Sequence record: PQ471460.1
Direction: 5' to 3' (one strand)
DNA: 64,000 nt
From: Escherichia phage vB_EcoM_JE01
A program made the position numbers and the translations under genes. Below the pieces are notes generated by a model. It made no database searches. It had not been told where the DNA came from and saw only the letters and a program-made list of their open reading frames with translations. This document shows positions 27,713 through 37,308 of the stretch, in pieces. Each line of letters begins with the position of its first letter. Positions within the stretch are counted from its first letter, which is position 1.

Positions 27713-27741
27713 TAAATCTCATTTGAATTGAAGGAAATTAC

Positions 27742-28428
27742 ATGAAACTGTCTAAAGATACTACTGCTCTGCTTAAAAATTTCGCTACTATTAACTCCGG
27801 TATTATGCTTAAATCTGGTCAATTTATTATGACTCGCGCAGTTAATGGTACAACTTATGCAGAAGCAAATATTTCTGACACTATTGATTTTGATGTAGCA
27901 ATTTACGATTTGAACGGTTTTCTCGGTATTCTGTCTCTAGTTAATGATGATGCAGAAATTTCCCAGTCAGAAGATGGAAATATTAAAATTGCTGATGCTC
28001 GTTCAACAATTTTTTGGCCAGCAGCCGATCCAAGTACAGTAGTTGCTCCTAATAAACCAATTCCATTCCCGGTAGCATCTGTTGTTACTGAAATTAAAGC
28101 TGAAGACCTTCAACAGCTATTGCGTGTATCTCGCGGTCTGCAGATTGATACAATTGCTATCACAGTAAAAGAAGGTAAAATCGTAATTAACGGTTTTAAT
28201 AAAGTAGAAGATTCTGCTTTGACCCGTGTTAAATATTCTTTGACTCTTGGTGATTATGATGGTGAAAATACATTTAATTTCATTATCAATATGGCAAATA
28301 TGAAAATGCAACCAGGAAATTATAAACTTCTGCTCTGGGCAAAAGGTAAACAAGGTGCTGCTAAATTTGAAGGTGAACACGCGAATTATGTAGTAGCTCT
28401 TGAAGCTGATTCTACCCACGACTTTTAA
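27742..28428 (+). CDS. 45: sliding clamp gp45
   Basis: 228 aa; MKLSKDTTALLKNFATINSGIMLKSGQFIMTRAVNGTTYAEANISDTIDFDVAIYDLNGFLGILSLVNDDAE... matches recalled T4 gp45. Confidence 0.95.
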   Translation: MKLSKDTTALLKNFATINSGIMLKSGQFIMTRAVNGTTYAEANISDTIDFDVAIYDLNGFLGILSLVNDDAEISQSEDGNIKIADARSTIFWPAADPSTVVAPNKPIPFPVASVVTEIKAEDLQQLLRVSRGLQIDTIAITVKEGKIVINGFNKVEDSALTRVKYSLTLGDYDGENTFNFIINMANMKMQPGNYKLLLWAKGKQGAAKFEGEHANYVVALEADSTHDF

Positions 28429-28432
28429 TAAA

Positions 28433-28444
28433 GGGCTTCGGCCC
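28433..28444 (+). terminator. UUCG-tetraloop hairpin
   Basis: gggc-ttcg-gccc TTTAT. Confidence 0.5.
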
Positions 28445-28479
28445 TTTATAATTTACACTAAAACTTGAATGAGGAAATT

Positions 28480-29439
28480 ATGATTACTGTAAATGAAAAA
28501 GAACACATTCTTGAACAGAAATATCGTCCATCTACTATCGATGAATGTATTCTTCCCGCCTTTGATAAAGAAACCTTTAAATCTATTACAAGTAAAGGTA
28601 AGATTCCACATATTATTCTTCATTCTCCTTCTCCAGGAACAGGTAAAACAACCGTAGCAAAAGCATTGTGTCATGATGTAAATGCTGATATGATGTTTGT
28701 GAATGGGTCAGATTGTAAAATTGATTTCGTTCGCGGTCCTTTGACTAATTTTGCTAGTGCAGCTTCATTTGATGGTCGTCAAAAAGTAATCGTTATTGAT
28801 GAATTTGACCGTTCAGGGTTAGCAGAGTCTCAGCGACATCTTCGTTCCTTTATGGAAGCTTATAGTTCAAACTGTAGTATTATTATTACTGCTAACAATA
28901 TTGATGGTATTATTAAACCGCTTCAGTCACGCTGCCGAGTTATTACGTTCGGTCAACCGACCGATGAAGATAAAATTGAAATGATGAAGCAGATGATTCG
29001 TCGATTGACTGAAATCTGTAAGCATGAAGGAATTGCTATAGCTGATATGAAAGTTGTAGCAGCTTTGGTTAAAAAGAATTTTCCTGATTTTCGTAAAACT
29101 ATTGGTGAGCTCGATAGTTATTCGTCTAAAGGTGTTTTGGATGCTGGTATTTTATCACTGGTTACTAACGATCGTGGTGCTATTGATGATGTTCTTGAGT
29201 CTCTCAAAAATAAAGATGTTAAACAGCTCAGAGCTTTAGCACCAAAATATGCAGCTGATTATTCGTGGTTCGTTGGTAAACTTGCTGAAGAAATCTATAC
29301 ACGCGTAACTCCGCAAAGTATTATTCGTATGTATGAAATTGTTGGTGAAAATAACCAGTATCATGGAATTGCGGCTAATACGGAATTACATTTAGCATAT
29401 CTTTTCATTCAATTGGCATGCGAAATGCAGTGGAAGTGA
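28480..29439 (+). CDS. 44: clamp loader large subunit gp44 (AAA+)
   Basis: 319 aa from [17 protein letters not shown]...; Walker [11 protein letters not shown]; SD GAGGAAA. Confidence 0.95.
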   Translation: MITVNEKEHILEQKYRPSTIDECILPAFDKETFKSITSKGKIPHIILHSPSPGTGKTTVAKALCHDVNADMMFVNGSDCKIDFVRGPLTNFASAASFDGRQKVIVIDEFDRSGLAESQRHLRSFMEAYSSNCSIIITANNIDGIIKPLQSRCRVITFGQPTDEDKIEMMKQMIRRLTEICKHEGIAIADMKVVAALVKKNFPDFRKTIGELDSYSSKGVLDAGILSLVTNDRGAIDDVLESLKNKDVKQLRALAPKYAADYSWFVGKLAEEIYTRVTPQSIIRMYEIVGENNQYHGIAANTELHLAYLFIQLACEMQWK

Positions 29440-29440
29440 T

Positions 29441-30004
29441 ATGAGCTTATTTGAAGATGATATTCAATTAAACGAGCATCAAGTTGCTTGGTATTCAAAA
29501 GATTGGACAGCTGTCCAATCTGCTGCTGATTCTTTTAAAGAAAAAGCTGAAAATGAGTTTTTTGAAATAATTGGAGCTATCAATAATAAAACTAAATGCT
29601 CTATTACTCAAAAAGATTATTCAAAATACATGGTTGAGAATGCATTATCACAATTTCCTGAGTGCATGCCAGCTGTATATGCTATGAATTTAATTGGATC
29701 AGGTTTAAGCGATGAAGCCCATTTTAATTATCTGATGGCTGCTGTTCCTCGGGGTAAAAGATACGGTAAATGGGCAAAACTGGTTGAAGATTCTACCGAA
29801 GTATTGATTATTAAGTTACTTGCTAAGCGGTATCAAGTTAATACAAATGATGCAATTAACTATAAATCAATTCTTACTAAAAATGGAAAACTTCCTTTAG
29901 TATTAAAAGAACTAAAAGGTTTAGTCACGGATGATTTTTTGAAAGAAGTGACTAAGAACGTAAAAGAACAGAAACAACTCAAAAAACTAGCATTGGAATG
30001 GTAA
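29441..30004 (+). CDS. 62: clamp loader small subunit gp62
   Basis: 187 aa immediately after gene 44. Confidence 0.9.
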   Translation: MSLFEDDIQLNEHQVAWYSKDWTAVQSAADSFKEKAENEFFEIIGAINNKTKCSITQKDYSKYMVENALSQFPECMPAVYAMNLIGSGLSDEAHFNYLMAAVPRGKRYGKWAKLVEDSTEVLIIKLLAKRYQVNTNDAINYKSILTKNGKLPLVLKELKGLVTDDFLKEVTKNVKEQKQLKKLALEW

Positions 30005-30005
30005 A

Positions 30006-30374
30006 ATGATTGAAATTACTCTTAAAAAACCTGAAGATTTTCTGAAAGTTAAAGAAACCTTGACTCGCATGGGAATTGCTAATAATAAAGATAAAGTCCT
30101 GTATCAATCCTGTCATATTCTCCAGAAAAAAGGACTATACTATATCGTCCATTTTAAAGAAATGCTTCGTATGGATGGTCGTCAAGTTGAAATGACAGAA
30201 GAAGATGAAGTTCGTCGTGATTCGATTGCATGGCTGTTAGAAGATTGGGGACTGATTGAAATCGCTCCAGGTCAAAGAACTTTTATGAAAGATTTAACTA
30301 ATAACTTCCGAGTTATTTCTTTTAAGCAAAAACATGAATGGAAACTCGTTCCTAAATATACGATTGGAAATTAA
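30006..30374 (+). CDS. regA: translational repressor RegA
   Basis: 122 aa; MIEITLKKPEDFLKVKETLTRMGIANNKDKVLYQSCHILQKKGLYYIVHFKEM... matches recalled T4 RegA. Confidence 0.9.
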   Translation: MIEITLKKPEDFLKVKETLTRMGIANNKDKVLYQSCHILQKKGLYYIVHFKEMLRMDGRQVEMTEEDEVRRDSIAWLLEDWGLIEIAPGQRTFMKDLTNNFRVISFKQKHEWKLVPKYTIGN

Positions 30375-30378
30375 GCAA

Positions 30379-30392
30379 GGGGCTTCGGCCCC
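30379..30392 (+). terminator. UUCG-tetraloop hairpin
   Basis: gggg-cttcgg-cccc. Confidence 0.5.
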
Positions 30393-30415
30393 TTATTTGG
30401 AGTATAATATATCAA

Positions 30416-30452
30416 GAGCCTAATAACTCGGGCTATAAACTAAGGAATATCT
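30416..30452 (+). promoter_or_regulatory. gene 43 translational operator (hairpin next to SD)
   Basis: Stem agcc/ggct with loop taataactc, then AUAAACUAAGGAAUAUCUAUG; matches recalled T4 gp43 autoregulatory operator. Confidence 0.5.
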
Positions 30453-33149
30453 ATGAAAGAATTTTATATCTCTATCGAAACAGTCGGAAATAATATTGTT
30501 GAACGTTATATTGATGAAAATGGAAAGGAACGTACTCGTGAAGTAGAATATCTTCCGACTATGTTTAGGCATTGTAAGGAAGAGTCAAAATACAAAGACA
30601 TTTATGGTAAAAATTGTGCTCCTCAAAAATTTCCATCAATGAAAGATGCCCGAGACTGGATGAAACGAATGGAAGACATCGGTCTCGAAGCTCTCGGTAT
30701 GAACGATTTTAAACTCGCTTATATCAGTGATACATATGGTTCAGAAATTGTTTATGACCGAAAATTTGTTCGTGTAGCTAACTGTGACATTGAGGTTACT
30801 GGTGATAAATTTCCTGACCCAATGAAAGCAGAATATGAAATTGATGCTATCACTCATTATGATTCAATTGACGACCGTTTTTACGTCTTTGATTTGTTGA
30901 ATTCAATGTACGGTTCAGTATCAAAATGGGATGCAAAGTTAGCTGCTAAGCTTGACTGTGAAGGTGGTGATGAAGTTCCTCAGGAAATTCTTGACCGAGT
31001 AATTTATATGCCATTTGATAATGAGCGTGATATGCTCATGGAATATATTAATCTCTGGGAACAGAAACGACCTGCTATTTTTACTGGTTGGAATATTGAG
31101 GGATTTGACGTTCCGTATATCATGAATCGTGTTAAAATGGTTCTCGGCGAACGCAGTATGAAACGCTTCTCTCCAATCGGTCGAGTAAAATCTAAACTAA
31201 TTCAAAATATGTACGGTAGCAAAGAAATTTATTCTATTGATGGCGTATCTATTCTTGATTATTTAGATTTGTACAAAAAATTCGCATTTACTAATTTGCC
31301 ATCATTCTCTTTGGAATCAGTTGCTCAACATGAAACCAAAAAAGGTAAATTACCATATGATGGTCCTATTAATAAACTTCGTGAGACTAATCATCAACGA
31401 TACATTAGTTATAACATTATTGACGTAGAATCAGTTCAAGCAATTGATAAAATTCGCGGGTTTATTGATCTAGTTTTAAGTATGTCTTATTACGCTAAAA
31501 TGCCTTTTTCTGGTGTAATGAGTCCTATTAAAACTTGGGATGCTATTATTTTTAACTCATTGAAAGGTGAACATAAGGTTATTCCTCAACAAGGTTCGCA
31601 CGTTAAACAAAGTTTTCCAGGTGCATTTGTATTTGAACCTAAAGCGATTGCTCGTCGATACATTATGAGTTTTGACTTGACGTCTCTGTATCCGAGTATT
31701 ATTCGTCAGGTTAACATTAGTCCTGAAACTATTCGTGGTCAGTTTAAAGTTCATCCAATTCATGAATATATCGCAGGAACCGCTCCTAAGCCAAGTGATG
31801 AGTACTCTTGTTCCCCGAATGGATGGATGTACGATAAGCATCAAGAAGGTATCATTCCAAAGGAAATCGCTAAAGTATTTTTCCAGCGTAAAGATTGGAA
31901 AAAGAAAATGTTCGCTGAAGAAATGAATGCCGAAGCTATTAAAAAGATTATTATGAAAGGCGCAGGGTCTTGCTCAACTAAACCAGAAGTTGAACGATAT
32001 GTTAAGTTTAATGATGATTTCTTAAACGAATTATCGAATTACACTGAATCTGTTCTTAATAGTCTGATCGAAGAATGTGAAAAAGCAGCTACACTTGCTA
32101 ACACAAATCAGCTGAACCGTAAAATTCTTATTAACAGTCTTTATGGTGCTCTTGGTAACATTCATTTCCGCTATTATGATTTGCGAAATGCTACTGCTAT
32201 CACAATTTTTGGTCAAGTTGGTATTCAGTGGATTGCTCGTAAAATTAATGAATACCTGAATAAGGTGTGTGGAACTGATGGTGAAGATTTCATCGCAGCA
32301 GGTGATACTGATTCGGTATATGTCTGCGTAGATAAAGTTATTGAAAAAGTAGGTCTTGACCGCTTTAAAGAACAAAATGATTTAGTTGAATTCATGAATC
32401 AGTTCGGTAAGAAAAAGATGGAACCTATGATTGATGCTGCATATCGTGAGTTATGTGATTATATGAATAACCGCGAGCATCTGATGCATATGGACCGTGA
32501 AGCTATTTCTTGCCCTCCACTTGGTTCAAAGGGTGTCGGTGGATTTTGGAAAGCGAAAAAACGTTATGCTCTGAACGTTTATGATATGGAAGATAAGCGA
32601 TTTGCTGAACCGCATCTAAAAATCATGGGTATGGAAACTCAGCAGAGTTCAACACCAAAAGCAGTACAAGAAGCTCTCGAAGAAAGTATTCGTCGTATTC
32701 TTCAGGAAGGCGAAGAGTCTGTCCAAGAATACTACAAGAACTTTGAGAAAGAATATCGTCAACTTGATTATAAAGTTATTGCTGAAGTAAAAACCGCGAA
32801 CGATATAGCGAAATATGATGATAAAGGTTGGCCAGGGTTTAAATGCCCGTTCCATATTCGTGGTGTACTAACTTATCGTCGAGCTGTTAGTGGTTTAGGT
32901 GTAGCTCCAATTTTGGATGGAAATAAGGTAATGGTTCTTCCATTACGTGAGGGAAATCCATTTGGTGACAAGTGTATTGCTTGGCCGTCGGGCACAGAAC
33001 TTCCAAAAGAAATTCGTTCTGATGTACTGTCTTGGATTGACTACTCAACTTTGTTCCAAAAATCGTTTGTTAAACCGCTTGCGGGCATGTGTGAATCGGC
33101 AGGTATGGACTATGAGGAAAAAGCTTCGTTAGACTTCCTGTTTGGCTGA
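30453..33149 (+). CDS. 43: DNA polymerase gp43 (family B, proofreading)
   Basis: 898 aa; exonuclease and polymerase motifs (DIE, YGDTDS, KINSLYG-like). Confidence 0.97.
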   Translation: MKEFYISIETVGNNIVERYIDENGKERTREVEYLPTMFRHCKEESKYKDIYGKNCAPQKFPSMKDARDWMKRMEDIGLEALGMNDFKLAYISDTYGSEIVYDRKFVRVANCDIEVTGDKFPDPMKAEYEIDAITHYDSIDDRFYVFDLLNSMYGSVSKWDAKLAAKLDCEGGDEVPQEILDRVIYMPFDNERDMLMEYINLWEQKRPAIFTGWNIEGFDVPYIMNRVKMVLGERSMKRFSPIGRVKSKLIQNMYGSKEIYSIDGVSILDYLDLYKKFAFTNLPSFSLESVAQHETKKGKLPYDGPINKLRETNHQRYISYNIIDVESVQAIDKIRGFIDLVLSMSYYAKMPFSGVMSPIKTWDAIIFNSLKGEHKVIPQQGSHVKQSFPGAFVFEPKAIARRYIMSFDLTSLYPSIIRQVNISPETIRGQFKVHPIHEYIAGTAPKPSDEYSCSPNGWMYDKHQEGIIPKEIAKVFFQRKDWKKKMFAEEMNAEAIKKIIMKGAGSCSTKPEVERYVKFNDDFLNELSNYTESVLNSLIEECEKAATLANTNQLNRKILINSLYGALGNIHFRYYDLRNATAITIFGQVGIQWIARKINEYLNKVCGTDGEDFIAAGDTDSVYVCVDKVIEKVGLDRFKEQNDLVEFMNQFGKKKMEPMIDAAYRELCDYMNNREHLMHMDREAISCPPLGSKGVGGFWKAKKRYALNVYDMEDKRFAEPHLKIMGMETQQSSTPKAVQEALEESIRRILQEGEESVQEYYKNFEKEYRQLDYKVIAEVKTANDIAKYDDKGWPGFKCPFHIRGVLTYRRAVSGLGVAPILDGNKVMVLPLREGNPFGDKCIAWPSGTELPKEIRSDVLSWIDYSTLFQKSFVKPLAGMCESAGMDYEEKASLDFLFG

Positions 33150-33162
33150 TAGAATAAATCTA

Positions 33163-33184
33163 GGGACCTCCGGGTCCCTTTTTC
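33163..33184 (+). terminator. rho-independent terminator
   Basis: gggacc-tccg-ggtccc TTTTTC. Confidence 0.7.
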
Positions 33185-33267
33185 ATACAAGTAATATAAA
33201 TCTATACTTAGGAAAAATAGATGATTCTGGACCTCTGGAATTCATTAAAAAATTTTTCACAAAACTG

Positions 33268-33297
33268 TTTACATCCCAGTTCCTTTGTGGTACTATA
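33268..33297 (+). promoter_or_regulatory. T4-type early promoter
   Basis: GTTTAC, 18 nt, TGGTACTAT; conserved leader CAACTATCAACT. Confidence 0.6.
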
Positions 33298-33330
33298 CAA
33301 CTATCAACTGATGCGGATTTGGAGAATGAA

Positions 33331-33711
33331 ATGAAAATCGCTATTTTGGTTATTGCATTGGGTCTTACTGGTTGTGTAGCTCAAGGACCAGTAGTAAATC
33401 AGTCTGATGTAGGAAAAATTGTAAACTGTTCAAGCAAATTTTATAATCCTAACGTCAAGTGTTATAAAGAGGCTCCAAAACAGACAGTAGAACAAATGCA
33501 GGCGAATTTTGACGAAGCTATTCGTCCAGATGAATCTGCACAAGCATATCGTAATTCAGATGTGATTACGCGTGAAGAAAAAATTGAAAACTACTGTGCT
33601 GAACTTTGGGCAAATTGGGCTAATAATTACCAATGGCGTACTGGTAAAAATGCTCCGATGGAGTATGTAGTAAATTCTTATAATTCATGTGTAAAAAATT
33701 TGACTAAGTGA
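33331..33711 (+). CDS. predicted lipoprotein (imm.1 position)
   Basis: 126 aa; signal peptide with lipobox LTGC. Confidence 0.6.
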   Translation: MKIAILVIALGLTGCVAQGPVVNQSDVGKIVNCSSKFYNPNVKCYKEAPKQTVEQMQANFDEAIRPDESAQAYRNSDVITREEKIENYCAELWANWANNYQWRTGKNAPMEYVVNSYNSCVKNLTK

Positions 33712-33718
33712 GGAAAAC

Positions 33719-33970
33719 ATGGAAACTTTAGTAGCAGGTTCAATTTTTATGGTTTTAGTTTCAGGCGTGTTGGCTATTATTATATACATGCTTCCGTGGT
33801 TCATCGCCTTGATGCGTGGGTCAAAATCGACAGTAGGAATCTTTTTCACGTCTTTACTGTTTAACTGGTCAATTATTGGTTGGTTTATTACCTTTATTTG
33901 GTCAATTGCGGGTGAAACTAAAAAATCTGTACAGCAAAATCAAGTAATTATCATCAGAGAGAAGGAATGA
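33719..33970 (+). CDS. imm: superinfection immunity protein Imm (membrane)
   Basis: 83 aa; METLVAGSIFMVLVSGVLAIIIYMLPWFIALMRGSKSTVGIFFTSLLFNWSIIGWFITFIWSIAGE... matches recalled T4 Imm. Confidence 0.85.
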   Translation: METLVAGSIFMVLVSGVLAIIIYMLPWFIALMRGSKSTVGIFFTSLLFNWSIIGWFITFIWSIAGETKKSVQQNQVIIIREKE

Positions 33971-34116
33971 AAAGCAAAATTTTAGCAGTATTGCTTTTAA
34001 TCTTGATGATTATAATAAGTATATACTATAGCGTAACAGTTCCTTGTATGATTCCAACGCTTATTATAGGGTGGAGTTTATTACTGTTACAAGTTAAATA
34101 TGAATGCATCAATTGA
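33967..34116 (+). CDS. small hydrophobic peptide (49 aa)
   Basis: ATGA overlap with imm; below ORF-track cutoff. Confidence 0.35.
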   Translation: MKSKILAVLLLILMIIISIYYSVTVPCMIPTLIIGWSLLLLQVKYECIN

Positions 34117-34123
34117 GGTTTAA

Positions 34124-34864
34124 ATGATTAACGATTATATGACAGTTGAAGAAATCCGTCTTGATTTGGGTCTTGCATTAAAGGAAAAAGATTTCGTAAT
34201 TGATAAAACCGGTGTTAAAACTATTGAAATTATTGGTGCATCATTTGTAGCAGATGAACCTTTTATTTTTGGCGCTCTTAATGATGAATACATTCAGCGT
34301 GAACTTGAATGGTATAAGTCTCAAAGTTTGTTTGTTAAAGATATTCCAGGTGAAACACCAAAGATTTGGCAGCAGGTAGCATCTTCTAAAGGCGAAATTA
34401 ACTCGAATTATGGTTGGGCCATCTGGTCAGAAGATAACTATGCCCAGTATGATATGTGTTTAGCTGAACTTGGTCAAAATCCTGATTCTCGACGCGGTAT
34501 CATGATTTATACTCGTCCATCCATGCAGTTTGACTACAATAAAGATGGTATGTCAGATTTCATGTGTACGAATACAGTACAGTATCTGATTCGTGATAAG
34601 AAAGTCAATGCAGTAGTAAGCATGCGTTCAAATGACGTGGTCTTCGGATTCCGTAATGATTATGCATGGCAAAAATACGTACTAGATAAATTAGTATCTG
34701 ATTTGAATGCAGGTGATTCAACTCGTCAGTATAAAGCAGGTTCTATTATATGGAATGTCGGAAGTCTTCATGTGTATTCCCGTCATTTTTATTTGGTTGA
34801 CCATTGGTGGAAAACTGGCGAAACTCATATTGCGAAAAAAGATTATAACGGTGAGTGGAAATGA
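34124..34864 (+). CDS. 42: dCMP hydroxymethylase gp42
   Basis: 246 aa; thymidylate-synthase-like fold; MINDYMTVEEIRLDLGLALKEKDFVIDKTGVKTIEIIGASF... Confidence 0.95.
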   Translation: MINDYMTVEEIRLDLGLALKEKDFVIDKTGVKTIEIIGASFVADEPFIFGALNDEYIQRELEWYKSQSLFVKDIPGETPKIWQQVASSKGEINSNYGWAIWSEDNYAQYDMCLAELGQNPDSRRGIMIYTRPSMQFDYNKDGMSDFMCTNTVQYLIRDKKVNAVVSMRSNDVVFGFRNDYAWQKYVLDKLVSDLNAGDSTRQYKAGSIIWNVGSLHVYSRHFYLVDHWWKTGETHIAKKDYNGEWK

Positions 34865-35703
34865 TTCAATTCGTAATTCCAAGTTATCAACGCGTAGGGG
34901 CAGTTTCTGCCCTTAATATGTTTCCATCTGATTATGAACCTCATATTGTAGTACGTAAACACGAAGAAAAAGCTTATTATGATGCTTATGGGTCTAGAGC
35001 TAAAATTATAACTATTCCTGATGATGTTAATGGAATTGCTGGTACTCGTAAAGCAATTACTGATATGTATGCAGGCCAACGAATCTGGATGATTGATGAT
35101 GATACTACTATTCGTATGAGTTCAATGCGAAAGAAAGATGATCGTCGTTGCGTAGATAAAATTAATCAATTAACTCGTGAACAGTTCTATGAATTGATTC
35201 AATACGTTGAAGATGCCATGGATTGTGGGTATTATCACGGTCATGCTCGTCTACCTATTTTTAAAATTACTTCATCTTGGGGTAATTATCGTGAAAATTC
35301 ATATGGATTCACGAATACCTGGTATGACCTTGGAAAACTTACAACAGAACAAATTGGGTATGGAAAAATTGATTTATGCGAAGATATGTATGCATTTCTC
35401 AATTTAATTAATCAAGGTTATCCGCATTTGGCCTTGTTCAAATATCTGGTTGTATCTGGAAAAGCACAAGCTCCTGGCGGATGTAGTTCAATTCGTAGTA
35501 ATTCAAAACATAATAGAGCGCTTGAGCAAATCAATAGAGAGTTTCCAGAGCAAGCTCGTTGGAAAACTTCTAATATTGAAAAACGAAAATCATTAGGTGA
35601 AGAAGACGAGCCATTAAAGGTTCTTCGCATGTGTGTTTCGCGCAAAGAAAAATCAGAAGCATTTCATAAGTTTAATGCTATTCATCCAATAGCAGTTGAT
35701 TAA
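34861..35703 (+). CDS. putative DNA glycosyltransferase with DxD motif (occupies the beta-gt position; not T4 beta-gt)
   Basis: 280 aa; IWMIDDDTTIR DxD motif; between 42 and uvsX; unlike the recalled 351-aa T4 beta-gt. Confidence 0.65.
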   Translation: MIQFVIPSYQRVGAVSALNMFPSDYEPHIVVRKHEEKAYYDAYGSRAKIITIPDDVNGIAGTRKAITDMYAGQRIWMIDDDTTIRMSSMRKKDDRRCVDKINQLTREQFYELIQYVEDAMDCGYYHGHARLPIFKITSSWGNYRENSYGFTNTWYDLGKLTTEQIGYGKIDLCEDMYAFLNLINQGYPHLALFKYLVVSGKAQAPGGCSSIRSNSKHNRALEQINREFPEQARWKTSNIEKRKSLGEEDEPLKVLRMCVSRKEKSEAFHKFNAIHPIAVD

Positions 35704-35780
35704 TGCCTAAATTTATTGTGTTATAATTACCCTATCTTTAACCAGTGAGGAAAATATAATGATGCCTATGGAAAAAATGA

Positions 35781-36962
35781 ATGTCTATTGCAGATTTAAA
35801 ATCCCGTTTGATTAAAGCTTCCACTTCTAAAATGACTGCTGAACTGACTACATCTAAATTCTTTAATGAAAAGGATGTAATTCGTACAAAAATCCCAATG
35901 CTTAATATTGCTATTTCCGGTGCGATTGATGGCGGTATGCAGTCTGGTTTAACCATTTTTGCAGGTCCTTCTAAACACTTTAAATCAAATATGTCTTTGA
36001 CTATGGTTGCGGCGTATTTGAACAAATATCCTGACGCGGTTTGTCTATTTTATGATAGCGAATTTGGTATTACTCCAGCTTATTTGCGATCCATGGGAGT
36101 TGACCCGGAACGAGTAATTCATACACCAATTCAGTCAGTTGAACAGCTGAAAATTGATATGGTGAATCAGCTTGAAGCTATTGAGCGCGGTGAAAAAGTT
36201 ATTGTATTCATCGACTCAATCGGTAATATGGCTTCTAAGAAAGAAACGGAAGATGCCTTGAATGAAAAATCTGTGGCAGATATGACTCGTGCTAAATCAC
36301 TGAAGTCATTATTCCGTATTGTTACTCCTTATTTTAGCATTAAAAATATTCCATGTGTTGCGGTTAACCATACAATTGAAACAATTGAAATGTTTAGTAA
36401 AACCGTGATGACAGGTGGTACAGGCGTAATGTATTCGGCTGATACTGTATTCATTATCGGTAAGCGCCAGATTAAAGATGGTTCCGATCTTCAGGGATAT
36501 CAATTTGTTCTAAATGTAGAAAAATCTCGTACCGTCAAAGAAAAAAGTAAATTCTTTATTGATGTTAAATTTGACGGCGGCATCGATCCTTATTCTGGAT
36601 TGTTAGATATGGCTCTTGAATTAGGGTTTGTAGTAAAACCTAAAAATGGTTGGTATGCTCGTGAATTTCTTGACGAAGAAACTGGCGAGATGATTCGCGA
36701 AGAAAAATCTTGGCGTGCAAAAGATACCAATTGCACTACATTCTGGGGTCCTTTATTTAAGCATCAACCATTCCGAGATGCTATTAAACGTGCTTATCAG
36801 TTAGGTGCTATTGATAGTAATGAAATTGTTGAAGCTGAAGTCGACGAATTGATTAACTCAAAGGTTGAAAAATTTAAATCTCCAGAAAGTAAAAGTAAAT
36901 CAGCAGCTGATTTAGAAACTGACCTAGAACAGTTAAGTGATATGGAAGAATTTAATGAATAA
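35781..36962 (+). CDS. uvsX: RecA-like recombinase UvsX
   Basis: 393 aa; Walker A GPSKHFKS; ...MLNIAISGAIDGGMQSGLTIFAGPSKHFKSN... matches recalled T4 UvsX. Confidence 0.95.
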   Translation: MSIADLKSRLIKASTSKMTAELTTSKFFNEKDVIRTKIPMLNIAISGAIDGGMQSGLTIFAGPSKHFKSNMSLTMVAAYLNKYPDAVCLFYDSEFGITPAYLRSMGVDPERVIHTPIQSVEQLKIDMVNQLEAIERGEKVIVFIDSIGNMASKKETEDALNEKSVADMTRAKSLKSLFRIVTPYFSIKNIPCVAVNHTIETIEMFSKTVMTGGTGVMYSADTVFIIGKRQIKDGSDLQGYQFVLNVEKSRTVKEKSKFFIDVKFDGGIDPYSGLLDMALELGFVVKPKNGWYAREFLDEETGEMIREEKSWRAKDTNCTTFWGPLFKHQPFRDAIKRAYQLGAIDSNEIVEAEVDELINSKVEKFKSPESKSKSAADLETDLEQLSDMEEFNE

Positions 36963-37299
36963 AGATGATTTAGATTTAGATCTAGAAATTATCGACGAAT
37001 CCCCCTCTTCGGAGGGGGAAGAAGAAAGAAAAGAACGCCTTTTTAATGAATCTCTTAAGATAATTAAATCTGCCATGGAAAATGTTATCCAGGAGATTGT
37101 CATTAAACTAGAAGACGGTTCTACACACATTGTGTATGTGACAAAATTAGATTGGGTTGATGGAAAAGTCGTAATGGACTTTGCTGTTCTTGACCAAGAA
37201 AGAAAAGCTGAGTTAGCTCCTCATGTAGAAAAATGTATTACAATGCAACTACAAGATGCATTTAATAAAAGGTCAAAGAAAAAATTTAAATTCTTTTAA
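36955..37299 (+). CDS. 40: gp40-like protein (head vertex assembly chaperone position)
   Basis: 114-aa ORF between uvsX and 41; contains a UUCG hairpin in its 5' coding region. Confidence 0.55.
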   Translation: MNKDDLDLDLEIIDESPSSEGEEERKERLFNESLKIIKSAMENVIQEIVIKLEDGSTHIVYVTKLDWVDGKVVMDFAVLDQERKAELAPHVEKCITMQLQDAFNKRSKKKFKFF

Positions 37300-37308
37300 G
37301 GAGTAAGT

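Noticed and set aside
28117-28419. 100-aa minus-strand ORF inside gene 45
   Set aside because: Antisense to the sliding clamp gene; no start context.
32031-32375. Minus-strand ORFs inside DNA polymerase gene 43 (also 31557-31844 and 32649-32855)
   Set aside because: Embedded antisense in a highly conserved coding region; typical AT-rich chance ORFs.
33142-33330. N-terminal extension of the lipoprotein ORF (track start 33142)
   Set aside because: The extension runs through the gene 43 terminator and an early promoter; the real start is the ATG at 33331 before the signal peptide. Similar TTG/GTG-extended track starts were trimmed elsewhere (for example 60664, 59108, 50580, 44088).
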